Counted from the stretch's first letter, positions 11,905 through 25,043 are shown. The stretch is 64,000 nucleotides of DNA from Mobula hypostoma (GCF_963921235.1 NC_086097.1:129396001-129460000); one strand, 5' to 3'. Translations and numbers: made by a program. Notes: generated by a model not told the origin, from the sequence alone.

Positions 11905-13746
11905 TATAAGACCGTAAGACATAGAAGTAGAAATAGGCCATTCAGCCCATCAAGTCTGATCCACCATTCCATCATGGCTGATTTATTATCCCTCTCAAAT
12001 GCATTGCCCTGCCTTCTCCCTGTCAACTTTAACAACCTGACTAATGAACATATCAACCTCCACTTTAAATATACTCAGTGACTTGGTTCCACAGCTGCCT
12101 GTGGCAATGAATTCCATAGGTTCACTGCCTTCTACCTAAAAAAAAAATCACCTCATATAGTCTCTCCAGTTTGAGACTGTGCCCTCTGGTCCTAGACTCA
12201 CTCACTATAGGAAATATCCTCCCCATATTCACTCTACCTAGACCTTTCAATATTCGATAGGATTCAATGAGATCCCCTCCATTCTTCTAAATTCCAGCAA
12301 GTACAGGCCTGGAGCCATCAAACGTTCCTCCTACATTAACATTTTCATTCCCAGAATCATTCTCGTGAATCTCTTCTGGACCATCTCCAATGTTAGCACA
12401 CCTTTTCTTTGATAAGGGACCCAAATCTGCTCACAATACACCAAGTGTAATCTGACCAATGCCTTATAAAGCCTTAACATGACATCTTTACTCTTATATC
12501 CTAGTCCTCTTGAAATGAATGCCAACACTGCATTTGCTTCCTTACCACTGACTCAACCTGCAATGTAACCTTTGGGAAATCCTGCACAAGGACTCACAAG
12601 TCCCTTTGAATTTTCGTCCTGCTTAGAAAATAGTCCAGGCCTTTATTTCTTCTTTCAAAGTGCATGACCATATACTTCCCTGCACTATATTCTAATTTGC
12701 CTATTCTCTCAACCTGTCCTTCTGCAGACTCCCTGTTTCCTCAACACTATTTGCCCCTCCACGTATCTTCATATCATCCACAAAACTGGACACAAAGCTA
12801 TCAATCCATCCAAATCATTTATATATCATGTGAAAGAAAATGGTCCCAACACCAACCCCTGTGGAACACCATTAGTAACTGGCAACCAGCCAGAAAAGGC
12901 CCCTCTTTACCTCCTGTCAGTCAGTCAATCTTCTTTCCATGCTAGTATATTTCTTTTAGTGCTATAGGCTTTTATCTTGTTAAGCAGTATCATGTGCAGT
13001 TCCTTGTCAAAGGCCTTCTGAAAATCCAAGTAAACAAAATCAACTGACACTCCTTTGCCCTTCTTGCCTGTTGCTTCCTGAAAATATTCCAAAAGATTTG
13101 TCAGACAAGATTTCCCCTGAAGAAAACTATGCTGACTTTGCATATTTTATCATGTGCCTCCAAGTATCCTGAAACCTCATCCTTAATAATGGACTCCAAC
13201 ATCTTCCCAACCACTGAAGTCAGCCTAACTGACCTATAATTTCTTTTTTCTGCCTCCCTCCCTTCTGGAAGAGTGGAGTGACATTTGCAATTTTCCTGTC
13301 TCTGGAAAGACTCTAGGATCTAGTGATGATTGAAAAATCATACTGGCGCCTGCACAATCTCTTCAGCTACTTCTTTCAGGACCCTGGAGATGTAATCCAT
13401 CCGGTCCATGTGATTTATCTACCTTCAGACCTTTCATCTCCCCAAGCACCTTCCCCCTAGTAATAGTAACAACACTCACTTCTGCCCCCTGACGCTCTCA
13501 AATAGCTGGCATACTGTTCATGTCTTCCACAGTGAAGACTGACACAAAATACTTGCTAAGTTCCTCTACAATTTCTTTGTCCTCCATTACTACCTCTCCA
13601 CCATCGTTTTCCCACGATCCAATATCCAGTTTCACCTTCTTTTTACTCTTTATATATTTGAAATTTAGAACCCTCTTTTATATTATTGGCTAGTTTCCCT
13701 TCATGTTTCATCTTTTCACTCCTTATGGCTTTTTTAGTTGCCTTCT
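11905..13746 (-). mobile_element. CR1 LINE ORF2 (RT) fragment with 3' end, internally deleted
   Basis: QHSFLQGKSCLTNLLEYF..VYLDFQKAFDK; LAFISRGLGYKSKDVMLRLYKALVR; (taagacc)n tail. Confidence 0.92.
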
Positions 13747-14630
13747 ATGGGAATAAAGGTGGCCTTTTCTGGTTGGGAACCGGAGTCTAGTGCTGTTCTA
13801 CAGCGGTCGATAATGGGACTGCTTCTTTTCATGTTATATATCAATGACTTAGACAACAGAATTGGTGGCTTTGTGACCAAATTTGCAGATGATACAAGAG
13901 GGGCAGGTAGTGTTGTGGAAGGAAGAAGCCTGCAGAAGGATTGGGATTGGGAGAGTGGGCAAAGTGGCAGTTGATATATACATATTGTTAGGAAGTGTAT
14001 GAGAAGTGCACTTTGATAGAAGAAATAATGGCGCAGACTATTTTCTAAACAGGGAGAAAATTCAAGAATCAGAGGTGCAAAGGGACTTGGGAGTCCTTGT
14101 ACAGGCTTCCCTAAAAGTTAACTTGCAGGTTGAGTTGGTGATGAGGAAGGCAAATGCAAAGTTAGCATTCATTTCAAGAGGACTAGAATACAAAATCAAG
14201 GGTGTAATGCTGAGGCTTTATAAGCCATTGGTCAGACCACACTTGGAGCACTGAGGGCAGTTTTGGGCCTCTTATTGAAGAAAAGACATGCTGGCATTGG
14301 AGAGGGTCCAGAGGAGGATCACGAGAATGATTCTGGGAATGAAAGAGTTAAAATATGAGGAGCATATGATTCCTCTGGGCCTATACTCGCTGGAGTTTTG
14401 AAGAATGGGGGGGGGATCTCATTGAAATCTACCAAATATTGAAAGACCTGGATACTGAGGATGTGAAGAGGATGTGAAGAGGATGTTTCCTATAGTGGGG
14501 AGTCTTGGACCAGAGGACACAGCCTCAGAATCGAGGGATGTCCATTTAGAACAGAGATCAGGAGGCATTTCTTTAGCTAGAGGGTAGTGTATCTGTGAAA
14601 TTCATTGCCACATACAGCTGTGGAGGCAGT
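13747..14630 (+). mobile_element. CR1 LINE RT C-terminal fragment, back-to-back with the previous copy
   Basis: LLFMLYINDLD..VTKFADDT; QRDLGVLV..LAFISRGLEYK. Confidence 0.92.
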
Positions 14631-14880
14631 CTCTTCTGTCTCCACTTTCTAGCTTAACTGCCTGCTTCACCTGCTTGCAGTTAAAAAGACTGTTTGCAGT
14701 TTAAGCGACTGGCAAAAAAGGACCTTCAGATTTCATTTGTTTGGATAATAATCACTGTTACAGATAATAATTTGCCTTTGTATTTTACCACATTTATCCG
14801 CAATATAATACATCTGCATGCATTTACTCACATCTCCAACAGGTCCAAATCATTCTGCTTCTTGGTAATTAGTAACTGGT

Positions 14881-15148
14881 CAACACACACAAAATGCTGG
14901 AGGAACTCAGCATCTGGGAAAAGACTACAGTCAATGCTTCAGGCCAAAACCCTTCGGCAGGACACAGTGCAGGAGCAGTGAGAGAGGGTTTCACTGAAGT
15001 CCGGTCGAAGGGAAGATTCTGCTAAAGGGTTTTGGCCCAAAACGTCGATGGTACTCTTTTCCATAGATGCTACCTGGCCTGCTGGGTTCCTCCAGCATCT
15101 TGTGTGTGTTGCTCGGATTTCCAGCATCTGCAGATTTTCTCTGATTTG
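14881..15148 (+). mobile_element. Palindromic Penelope pLTR element (inverted + direct pLTR) with TSD
   Basis: 14881-14963 is a reverse-complement homologue of ~15019-15111; TSD taattagtaactggt (14866-14880)/taattagcaactggt (15149-15163). Confidence 0.85.
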
Positions 15149-15294
15149 TAATTAGCAACTGGTAATTGGTTTATATACTGAGATATAGTCAAAAGCCACG
15201 CAGACTAGGTCATCCCAAACATGAGTGCATTGAGGTAGCCCAAGAGGAAAACAATAATAGAATGCAGAATATGGTATTACTATTACAGAGAAAG

Positions 15295-16738
15295 ATTCAA
15301 GATTCAAGATTGCTTAATGTCATTTCCAGTACATGGGTGTAAAGGAGGTGAAATAATTGCAGCACAAAAAAACACAATAAGATAAAGAACACAATAATAA
15401 TAAAATCACAATAAATATAAATATATAAGATAGCTTAAATACATAGTTTGATTCTATGTCCACAAAGTGACGCTAGGCACAGGAGTGCCTATACATAGGG
15501 TGACAAACTGGAAATGATAAAGTAATGGTGGTAGGGAGTGTGGAGGGGTGGGTTAGTGTGTGGAGGTGTTGATCAGCCTTACTGCTTTGGGGAAAGTAAC
15601 TGTTTTTGAGTCTGGTGATCCTAGCGTGGATGTTACATTGCCTCCTCCCTGATGGGAGTGGGACAAATAGCCCATGAGGAGTGCAGGTGGGATCCTTCAT
15701 GATGTCATTTGACCTTTTCTGGCATCTTTCTGTATATATGTCCTTGATAGTGGGCAGGCTGGAGCCAGAGGTGTGTTAGGCAGTTTTGTCTAGTCCTCCA
15801 GTCCGCCACAGTGCAGGTTCTGTAACAAGCTGTGATGCAGCTTGCTTGGAGGCTCTCTACACGTGTATAGATTTCAGCCTCCTCAGAAAGCAGAAGCATT
15901 GGTTAGTTTTCCTGATTGTGTTCTGAGACCGTGAGAGGTTGTGCAAGATGTACACTCCCAAGAGTTTGAATCTGCTTGCCATTTCCACTGCTGTACCACC
16001 ATTGTAAAAGGGAGTGTGAGTGTTGCGAGTTCTCCTGAAATCGAAAACCATCCCCTTGTCTTGCTGACATAAAGGAAGATGTTAAATTCCTGGCACCAGT
16101 CCTCGAACTCTTCCACCACCTCTCTGTAAGCCATCTCATTGTTGATGGTGATGAGCCCCACCACTGTCATGTCATCAGCAAACTGGACAATGTGATTAGT
16201 TGAGTGCTTGGCTATACAGTCACGTGTGAGCAGAATCTACAGCAAAGGGCTCAGCACACAGCCCCGAGAGGCACCCGTGCAGAGAACGACTATCAGAAGT
16301 CCAACACTCAGTTGCACAGTGGTGTATTTTGACTGAGGAGTTCATCAGGCTCTGCGAGACAATAGTGTAGAATGCCAAACTGAAATCTAGAAACAGCACT
16401 CTGACATAAATGTCCTTGTTTGCCAGGTGGGTCAGGGACAAGTACATGACAGATGCTATGGCATCTGCCATAGAGCTGCTTACCTGTAGGTAAGCATGCT
16501 GGTATGTCCAATGTCGCAGGAATGCAATTTTTGATTTGTGCCATTACCGGCCATTCAAAGCACTTCATGATAATTGGTGTCAGTGCCATTGGACGGTAGA
16601 CGTCTAGCTCTAAAGCTGTAGAGTTCTTTGGTGCAGGGGTGATGGCGGCTGATTTGAAGCATGTGGGGACAGCAGCCTGGATGAGTGAAGTGTTGAAGAT
16701 ATCCATGAAGATGTCAGTGAGCTGGTGTGCACAGTGCT
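15295..16738 (-). mobile_element. Rex1/Babar LINE RT fragment
   Basis: [54 protein letters not shown]; (attcaag)n tail. Confidence 0.9.
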
Positions 16739-17116
16739 GGTAGTGCAGTGCAGGTAGACAAATAAAGTGAAAGGGCCATCAAGAGAGATCAAAAGTTCAT
16801 CTTTATTAGACAGGAGATCCATTCAAAAGACTTATAGCAGCAGGATAGAAGAATGTGGTGGGATATGTTTGCAAGCTTTTCACCTTCCACCCGATGGGAG
16901 TGCAGAGAAGCAAGAATAGTGGAGCTGTTGCTGATTATGTTGGCTGCTGCTCTTAGGCAGCAAGAAGAGTTGACAGATACAAAGACAGAGTCAAGGGAGG
17001 GGATGCAGGTGTGTGTGATGGACTGGGCAGTGTTCACAACTCTCTGCAATTATTTGTGGTCTTGCAGTGAGCACTTGACTTACCAAGCTGAAAAGTATCA
17101 AGATTGAATGTTTCCT

Positions 17117-18135
17117 ACCTACCACGGATAGGGTTCCTCTTGTCCTCATCTACCACCCCACCAGCCTTCGCGTCCAGCACATAATTCTCTGTAACTTCCT
17201 CCATCTCCAACAGAATCCCAACACCAAGCACATCTTTCCTTCCTCCCTGTCCGCCATTTTCTGCTGTCCACAGGGATTACTCCCTACGTGACTCCCTTGT
17301 CCATTCGTCCCTCCCCCACTGATCTCCCTCCTAGCACTTACCTTTGCAAGCAGAACAAGTGCTACACCTGCCTACACGCTTCCTCCCTCACTACCATTGA
17401 GGGCCCCAAACAGTCCTCCAGGTGAGGTGACACTTCACCTGTGAGTCTGTTGGGGTCATATACTGTGTCCAGTGCTCCCGGTGTGGCCTCCTGTATATCA
17501 GTGAGACCCAACATAGATTGGGAGACCGCTTCACCAAGCACCGATGCTCCATCCGCCGGAAAAATCAGGATCTCCCAGTGGCCACCCATTTTAATTCCAC
17601 TTCCCATTCCCATTCCGATATGTCTATCCATGGTCTCCTCTACTGTTGTGATGAAGCCACACTCAGGTTGGAGGAACAATATCAAATATTCCATCTGAGT
17701 AACTTCCAACCTGATGGCATGAACATCGATTTCTTGAACTTCTGGTAATGACCCCCCACCCTCTCCTTCACCATTCCCCATCCCCTTTTCCCTCTCTCAC
17801 CTTACCTCCTTGCCTATCCATCGCCTCCCTCTGGGCTCTTCCCCCTTTTCTTTCTTCCATGGTCTTCTGTCCTCTCCTATTAGATTACCCCTTCTCCAGC
17901 CCTGTATCTCTTTCACCAATCAACTTCCCAGCTCTTTACTTCACCCCCCCACCCCTCCCAGTTTCACCTATCACCTTGTATTTCTCCCTTCCTTCCCCCC
18001 ACTTTTTAAATCTACTCCTCATCTTTTTCTCTCCTGTCCTGCTGAAGGGTCTTGGCCCAAAACGTCGACTGTACTTTTTTCCACAGATGCCGTCTGGCTC
18101 ACTGAGTTCCTCCAACATTTTATGTGTGTTGCATG
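17117..18135 (+). mobile_element. Penelope-like element (Neptune-type) 3' fragment: Cys-rich linker, GIY-YIG endonuclease, pLTR
   Basis: CKQNKCYTC; HFTCESVGVIYCVQCSRCGLLYISETQHRLGDRF..H..VATHFN..LEEQ..QPDGMN; pyrimidine-rich UTR; pLTR; approximate TSD atgtttccta/atgttttcta. Confidence 0.92.
18034..18071 (+). ncRNA. Minimal hammerhead ribozyme motif in the Penelope pLTR (degenerate)
   Basis: gtc-CTGCTGA-a-ggg..ccc-aAAAC-GTC-gac: stem I, core box, stem II, palindromic ACGT stem III; substitutions at A6 and G12. Confidence 0.7.
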
Positions 18136-19077
18136 GATGTTTTCTATTGTGCATCTGTAAGAATTGGTAAGAGTCATCAGCGGCATGCTTCTTCATCGTA
18201 CCTCCCACTGCCACCCAATTTGGAGTCTGGATAAATTATGTTTACTTCACTCATCCAAATCACAAACATATATTGTGAAGAACTGGCGTCCTAACACTGA
18301 TCCCTGCAGTGCCTCATCAATCACAAACTACTTGAAACCATCCATTTTTGTAAAAGTGGTGAGGGCTCTTCAGTATGACCACACAATCACATGACATTAT
18401 AGCTGCTGAGTACCAAATATTGCTTCAAATTACTGACAGTGACCAAAATCAGAAAAGAAGTCCATGCCACAAAGGTCACCAGCAGCCATATCAAAACATT
18501 GGAAAAAGTTGTTTGCAAAACTGACTTCTGTCATTTTCCGTATAGACTGTACAAAGTTACGAAAATTAAAACCAGACTCAATCTTTTTAATGGAAAATGC
18601 ACACGAACAGTCAATCATAAATGGACTCAGTTTGGAGACTGCACATGCTGCCAGGATGGTAGGTTCTGCAATGGACCACCTACTGACATAGATAGGATTA
18701 ATTTGAGCCAAGTCAAGAATGAGTAGAACAGGTTCCTTACTTCCAATCAAACATGGAAGATCTCTGACTTGCAGAACAAAAATCATACTCCACACAAGGA
18801 AATAATTTCCTGCTTTCTTCAAGAATCCCTAGGTTCTGGAATGGCTCCAGAGGACTGGAAAATTGCAAATGTCACCCCACTCTTCACGAAGGGAGGGAGG
18901 CAGAAAAAAGGAAATTATAGGCCATTTTGCCTGACCTCAATGGTTGCGAAGATGTTGGAGTTGATTGTTAAGGATGAGGTTTTGGGGTACTTGGAGGCAC
19001 ATGGTAAAATAGGCCAAAGTCAGTCTGGTTTCCTTAAGGGAATATCTTGCCTGACAAATCTGTTGGCATTCTTTATG

Positions 19078-19590
19078 CTTATATACTTTATACTTTATTG
19101 TTGCCAAACAATTGATACTAGAGCGTACAATCATAACAGCGATATTTGATTCTGTGCTTCACGCTCCCTGGAGTACAAATCGATAGTAAATATTTAAAAA
19201 TTTAGATTATAAATCATACATAGAAAATAGAAAAGAGAAAGTAAGGTAGTGCAAAAAAAACCGAGAGGCAGATCCAGATACTTGGAGGGTACGGCCCAGA
19301 TCCGGGTCAGGATCCATTCAGCAGTCTTATCACAGTCAGAAAGAAGCTGTTCCCAAATCTGGCCATATGAGTCTTGAAGCTCCTGAGCCTTCTCCCGGAG
19401 GGAAGAGGGACGAAAAGTGTGTTGGCTGGGTGGGCTGTGTCCTTGCTTATCCTGGCAGCACTGCTCTGACAGCGTGCGGTGTAAAGTGAGTCCAAGGACG
19501 GAAGATTGGTTTGTGTGATGTGCTGCGCCGTGTTCATGATCTTCTGCAGCTTCTTCCGGTCTTGGGCAGGACAACTTCCATATCAACTTC
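19078..19590 (-). mobile_element. Young Rex1/Babar 3' fragment
   Basis: NTAQHITQTNLPSLDSLYTARC..LPSGRRLRS; (tataaag)n tail; near-identical to 53475-53887; probable TSD ttcttt. Confidence 0.9.
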
Positions 19591-20259
19591 CATATTTCTT
19601 TGAGGAAATAACAAGCAGAATAGACAAAGGAGAATCAGTGGATGCTGTGTACTTGGATTTTCAGAAAGCCTTTAACAAGTTCTGCACATGAGGCTGCTTA
19701 ACAAGATAAGAGCCCATGGTATTGCATGAAAGATTAAGTATTACATGAATAGAGGATTGGCTGATTGTCAGGAGGCAAAGAGTGGGAATAAAGGGAGCCT
19801 TTGCTAGTTGGCTGCAGTGACTAGTGATGCTCCGCAGGGGTCGGTGTTGGGACCACTTCATTTCATGTTATATGTCAATGATTTGAATGATGGAATTGGT
19901 GGCTTTGTTGAAAAGTTTGCTGGCAATATGAAAATGAGGCAGGCAATTTTGAGGAAGTAGAGGGGCTACAGAAGGACTTAGGACAAATTGGACAATGGGC
20001 AAAGATATGGCAGATGGAATGCAGTGCTGGGAAGTGTATGCACTTGCACTTTGATAGAAGGAATAAAAGCATAGTCTATATTCTAAATGTGGAAAAAATT
20101 CAAAAATATCAACTGCAATCAGCTCTCAAAGGGACTTGAGCATCCTCATGCAGGATTCCCTAAAGGTTAACTTGCAGATTGAGTAGTCGGTGGTGAGGAA
20201 GACAAATGTAACGTCAGAATTCATTTCGAAAGGAATAGAATAGAAAAGCAAGGGTGTAA

Positions 20260-21730
20260 GCCTGTGCCCCTCAGCTACGTGGAGTACTTCGCCATGTATT
20301 CAACCTGAGCCTGAGGCTCCGGAGGGTTCCTGTACTGTGGAAGACGTCCTGCCTCGTCCCTGTGCCGAAGACACCGCGCCCCAGCGGCCTCAATGACTAC
20401 AGACCGGTGGCATTGACCTCCCACATCATGAAGACCCTGGAGAGACTTGTTCTGGAGCTGCTCCGGCCTATGGTCAGGCCACACTTAGGTCCCCTCCAGT
20501 TCGCCTACCAGCCCCGACTAGGAGTTGAGGATGCCATCGTCTACCTGCTGAATCGTGTCTACGCCCACCTGGACAAGCCAGCGAGCACCGTGAGGGTCAT
20601 GTTCTTTGACTTCTCCAGTGCGTTCAACACCATCCGCCCTGCTCTGCTGGGGGAGAAGCTGTCAGCGATGCAGGTGGATGCTTTCCTGGTATCATGGATT
20701 CTTGATTACCTGACTGGCAGACCACAGTATGTGTGCTTGCAACACTGTCTGTCCGACACAGTGATCAGCAGCACTGGGGCTCTACAGGGGACTGTCTTGT
20801 CTCCCTTTCTCTTCACCATTTACACCTCGGACTTCAACTACTGCACAGAGCCTTGTCATCTTCAGAAGTTTTCTGATGACTCTGCCATAGTTGGATGGAT
20901 CAGCAAGGGAGGTGAGGCTGAGTACGGGGCTACGGTAGGAAACTTTGTCACATGGTGTGAGCAGAATTATCTACAGCTTAATGTGAAAAAGACTAAGGAG
21001 ATGGTGGTAGACCTGAAGAGAGCTAAGGTACCGGTGACCCCTGTTTCCATCCAGGGGCTCAGTGTGGACATGGTGGAGGATTACAAATACCTGGGAATAT
21101 GAATTGACAATAAACTGGACTGGTCAAAGAACACTGAGGCTGTCTCCAAGAAGGGTCAGAGCCGTCTCTATTTCCTGAGGAGACTGAGGTCCTTTAACAT
21201 CTGCTGGATGATGCTGAGGATGTTCTACGAGTCTGTGGTGGCCAGTGCTATCATGTTTGCTGTTGTGTGCTGGGGCAGCTGGCTGAGGGTGGCAGACACC
21301 AACAGAATCAACAAACTCATTCGTAAGGCCAGTGATGTTGTGGGGATGGAACTGGACTCTCTCACAGTGGTGTCTGAAAAGAGGATGCTGTCCAAGTTGC
21401 ATGCTTTCTTGGTCAATGTCTCCCATCCACTGCATAATGTACTGTGTGGGCACAGGAGTACATTCAGCCAGAGACTCATTCCACCGAGATGCAGCACAGA
21501 GCGTCATAGGAAGTCATTCCTGCCTGTGGCCATCAAACTTTACAACTCCTCCCTTGGAGGGTCAGACACCCTGAGCCAATAGGCTGGTCCTGGACTTACT
21601 TCATAATTTCCTGGCATAATTTACATATTACTATTTAACTATTTATGGTTCTATTACTATTTATTATTTATGGAGCAACTGTAACAAAAACCAATTTCCC
21701 CCGGGATTAATAAAGTATGACTATGACTAT
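20260..21730 (+). mobile_element. Young 5'-truncated Rex1/Babar LINE with near-intact RT
   Basis: One frame 20260-21582 with a single TGA (21100-21102); NDYRPVALTS, LQFAYQ, FFDFSSAFNTI, QGTVLSP, KFSDD; (tatgac)n tail; TSD gtgtaa (20254-20259/21731-21736). Confidence 0.95.
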
Positions 21731-22709
21731 GTGTAATGCTGTGGTTTATTAGGCATGGGTGACGCCTCATTAGGAATATTGCGAGCAGTTTTGGGGCCCT
21801 TATCTAACATTGGAGAGGATTCGGAGGAGTTTCACGACAATGATACCAGAAATGAAAGGATTGTTGTATGAGGAGCATTTGATGGCTCTGAGCCTGTCCT
21901 TTCTGGGATTTAGAAGAATGGGGGGCGGGGGGGGGGGGAAATCTCATTGAAGCCTATCGAGTGTTGAAAGACCAAGATAGTGGATGTGGTGTAAATGTAT
22001 CCTATAGTGGGAGAGTCTATGACCAGCAGGGAATCGACTCAGAATGGATGGACATCCATTTGGAATGGAAAAGAGGAGGAATTTCTTCAGCCAGAGGGTA
22101 TTGAATCTGTGGAATTCATTGCCACAGGCGCTGGGGAGGACAGGTCATTGGGTGTATTTAAGGTGGAAATTGATCAGTTCTTGATTAGGCAGGGCATAAA
22201 AGGTTACAAGGAGTAGGCAGGAGAATGATGTTGAGAGGGAAAACAGATCAGCCATGATGAAATGGTAGAGCAGACCTGATGGGCCAAATAAATTAATTCT
22301 GCTCTGATGTCTTATGGTCTTATGGTCTATGCTTGGTTACAATGTTTATGATCAATTGTGGGTGTATTACTTCATACTGGGGGTTTCACAACTTAAAATT
22401 GCATTTGTTTATGGAAAATTCCTCCTACAATATTTCACTTCCTGCCATCAATGACACCTTCCTGCACATACTCCCAGTTTGGAAAATTGGAATATTTATT
22501 AACATGACTAGATTCACATGTGGCTTAATCCAGAAAGAATTCCACTACTGTAGGTAAATAGTTTTTTCACTTTACTACTTCTTTCCTCACCAGTGAAGAA
22601 TTCTAATTCAGGTTCAGATTCAGATCCTTGCTCACATGTAGTTCCCAGATGAAAGAGAATGCATCCAACAATAAATACAGGAACAAATGCAAAACAAGAC
22701 AATAGTGTA

Positions 22710-22851
22710 CAAGCAAGAGAAAATCTGCAGATGCTGGAAATCAGAGCATCACGTACGAAATGCTGGAGGAACTCAGCAGGCCAGGCAGCATCTCTGGAAA
22801 AAAATTTATTCGCTGTTTTGGGCTGAAACCCTTTGGCAGGACTGAAGGCAG
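22710..22851 (-). mobile_element. Solo Penelope pLTR insertion with TSD
   Basis: Reverse complement of the full pLTR including hammerhead motif; TSD aatagtgta (22701-22709/22852-22860). Confidence 0.85.
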
Positions 22852-23519
22852 AATAGTGTATAGTTGTGAAAAAAATACATGCAGATTCTCTTAAAGCAAT
22901 CTCCTATGTTTAAAGGACTAGCCACTTTCCTTGAAAAGTTTAAACCGCACGATTTTCATTTATTAGTACGCTGAGTTGCTCAAAGCTACTCACATTACTA
23001 ACTGTAAGGTTAATGCAAATGCACAAACCTTGCTAAATGCATCTTCAAACTCAAAGAGCCTCCAATTCATGTTTAAATGAAGCTTGTTGTAATATGTGTA
23101 ATATTCCGAGCACTATCATAATGTTTGGTCGACACTGAATGCACACAGTGTATCCGCAATTAAGCAAGCAATTTGATTGTCCTAATTTTCCTTTTTTTAC
23201 CATTAATCTGTTAATCATTCAATGAGCAAGTTATGCAGAGCTGAAAATACTACTGACTGGCTACTCATGTACTCTGATTAACCTTGCGCAAGTATACTAT
23301 TTTGCATGAATAGATCAGTTTGTTGTGCAGCATAACAATTATTTACATGATGCTATTAAGGCAGCAAAATAACAACGAAGCAAAAGAGATGGATCACAAG
23401 CAAAGACTAACAGCTCACCACTTAAGAAGACATTAAAGCAGCTAACTGAAAACTTGGTCAAAGCTATAGGTCTTTTGAAATGTGTTAATGGGAAGGAGAT
23501 GCATATACAGGAAGGGTGC

Positions 23520-24568
23520 AGGGAAAGTCCACAAGGATGTTACCAGGACTGGAGGGATTGAGTTTTAAGGAGAGGCTGGATAGGCTGGAGCTTTTCTCCT
23601 GGAGCAAAGGAAGCAGAGTATGACATTATAGAGGTTTATGAGGGCTTTTTTTCCAGGGTTGTGGAGTCTCATACCAGAGGACATAAATTTAAGGTGATGG
23701 GGGAAGATTTAAGAGGGACCTTACGGGAAAATGTTTCACACAAAGGGTTCACAGGTATATGGAAAGAGCTGCCAGAAGAAGCTACAAGTACAACGTTTAA
23801 AACATAGTTAGAGAGGTGATAGCTAGAAAAAGGCTTAGAGGTATATGGCCAAATGGGACAAGCTCAGCAGCATATCTTAGTCAACATGGATGAGTTGGGG
23901 TAAAGGGTATGCAGTGCTGTAAATCCCTATGGCTCCAATGGAGGAAAGAGTGGTAAAATCTTTTAGGTGTAAGGGTTGGTGGGAGGTGATACTGAAAATC
24001 AGAAGCTAGCAAATGTGACCCCAATTATTTAAGAAAGGAAGGAGAACTAATGACCTGTTAGCCTAATATTAATAGTCGCAAACTGCTCGAATAAGTAAGA
24101 ATAGAATAGGAGAAAATCTAGTAAAGAATAATAGGATTGAGCTGGATCAACATGAATCTGTGAAAGGCCAGTTATGTTAGATTAATCAATTGGAGCTCTT
24201 TGAGGAACAGATTATATGTACTTGTCAATGTAGTGTATTTGGTAATATCAAACAGTTTTGTTTAGGTTTCACACATGGAACTGAAGTGATATACCAGCAA
24301 TAGATTGAGAATTGGCTAACAGACAGAAAACGAAGCGTGAGAATAAATGGATCTGTTTTAGGACGGCAGGCTGTGACGAGTGGGTACCTCGGTAATCTGT
24401 TTCAATGGCCCAGCTAACCACAGTCTATATCAACGACTCAGCTGAGAGTCCAAGTGAGGGACCAGATAAGGTTTGCTCATGCTACTGAACTAGACAAAGT
24501 TATTAGTAGGGGAGATAAAGTAAAGAGGCTTCAAAGGAATATGGATAACATATGGATAAAAAGTAAAT
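23520..24568 (+). mobile_element. Two old CR1 fragments (3' end ~23520-23935; RT region ~23975-24568)
   Basis: acaaggatgttaccaggactggagggattgag..; gcaaatgtgaccccaattatttaagaaagg..; heavily decayed. Confidence 0.75.
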
Positions 24569-25043
24569 ATGGAAGTGGAGGGATGGGTTAGTAAATTTGC
24601 TGATGACACAAAGGTTGGGGGAGTTGTGGGTAGTGTGGAGGGCTGACGGAGGTTACAGTGGGACATTGATATGATGCAAAACTGGCCGAAGAAGTGGCAG
24701 ATGGAGTTCAACCCAGATAAGTGTGAGGTAGTTTATTTTGGTAGGTCAAATATGATGGCAGAATATAGCATTAATAGCAAAACTTTTGGCAGTGTGGAGG
24801 ATCAGAGGGATCTGGGGTCTGAGTCCATAGGACACTCAAAGCTGCTGTGCAGGTTGACTCTGTGGTTAAGAAGGCATATGGTGCATTGGCCTTCATCAAT
24901 CGTGGGATTGAGTTTAAGAGTGGAGAGGTAATGTTGCAGCTATATAGGACCCTGGTCAGACCCCACCAGAAGTACTGTGCTCAGTTCTGGTCACCTCACT
25001 ATAGGAAGGATATGGAAACTGTAGAAAGGGTACAGAGGAGATT
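24569..25043 (+). mobile_element. Young CR1 RT fragment (catagaaa-tail subfamily)
   Basis: VSKFADDTKVGG..KWQMEFNPDKCEVV..LYRTLVRPH.KYCAQFWSPHYRKD. Confidence 0.92.

Larger units (their letters stand above)
15164..18195 (-). mobile_element. Old Rex1/Babar 3' fragment (pieces ~15164-15294, ~16745-17116, ~18136-18195) hosting a second Rex1 and a Penelope
   Basis: QRVVNTAQSITHT..PSLDSV..CLRAAANII; sequence continuity across both insertions. Confidence 0.7.
18805..22330 (+). mobile_element. CR1 LINE ORF2 fragment to 3' end, interrupted by two Rex1 insertions
   Basis: PEDWKIANVTPLF.KGGRQKKGNYRP; FFEEITSRIDKGESVDAVYLDFQKAF; (tcttatgg)n tail. Confidence 0.92.

Noticed and set aside
17430..17748. 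Stand-alone GIY-YIG nuclease gene
   Set aside because: Part of a truncated Penelope-like element with an upstream stop and a mutated YIG motif (YIS)
18430..18822. Overlapping ORFs on both strands as a coding exon
   Set aside because: No recognisable domain or splice context; lengths are compatible with chance
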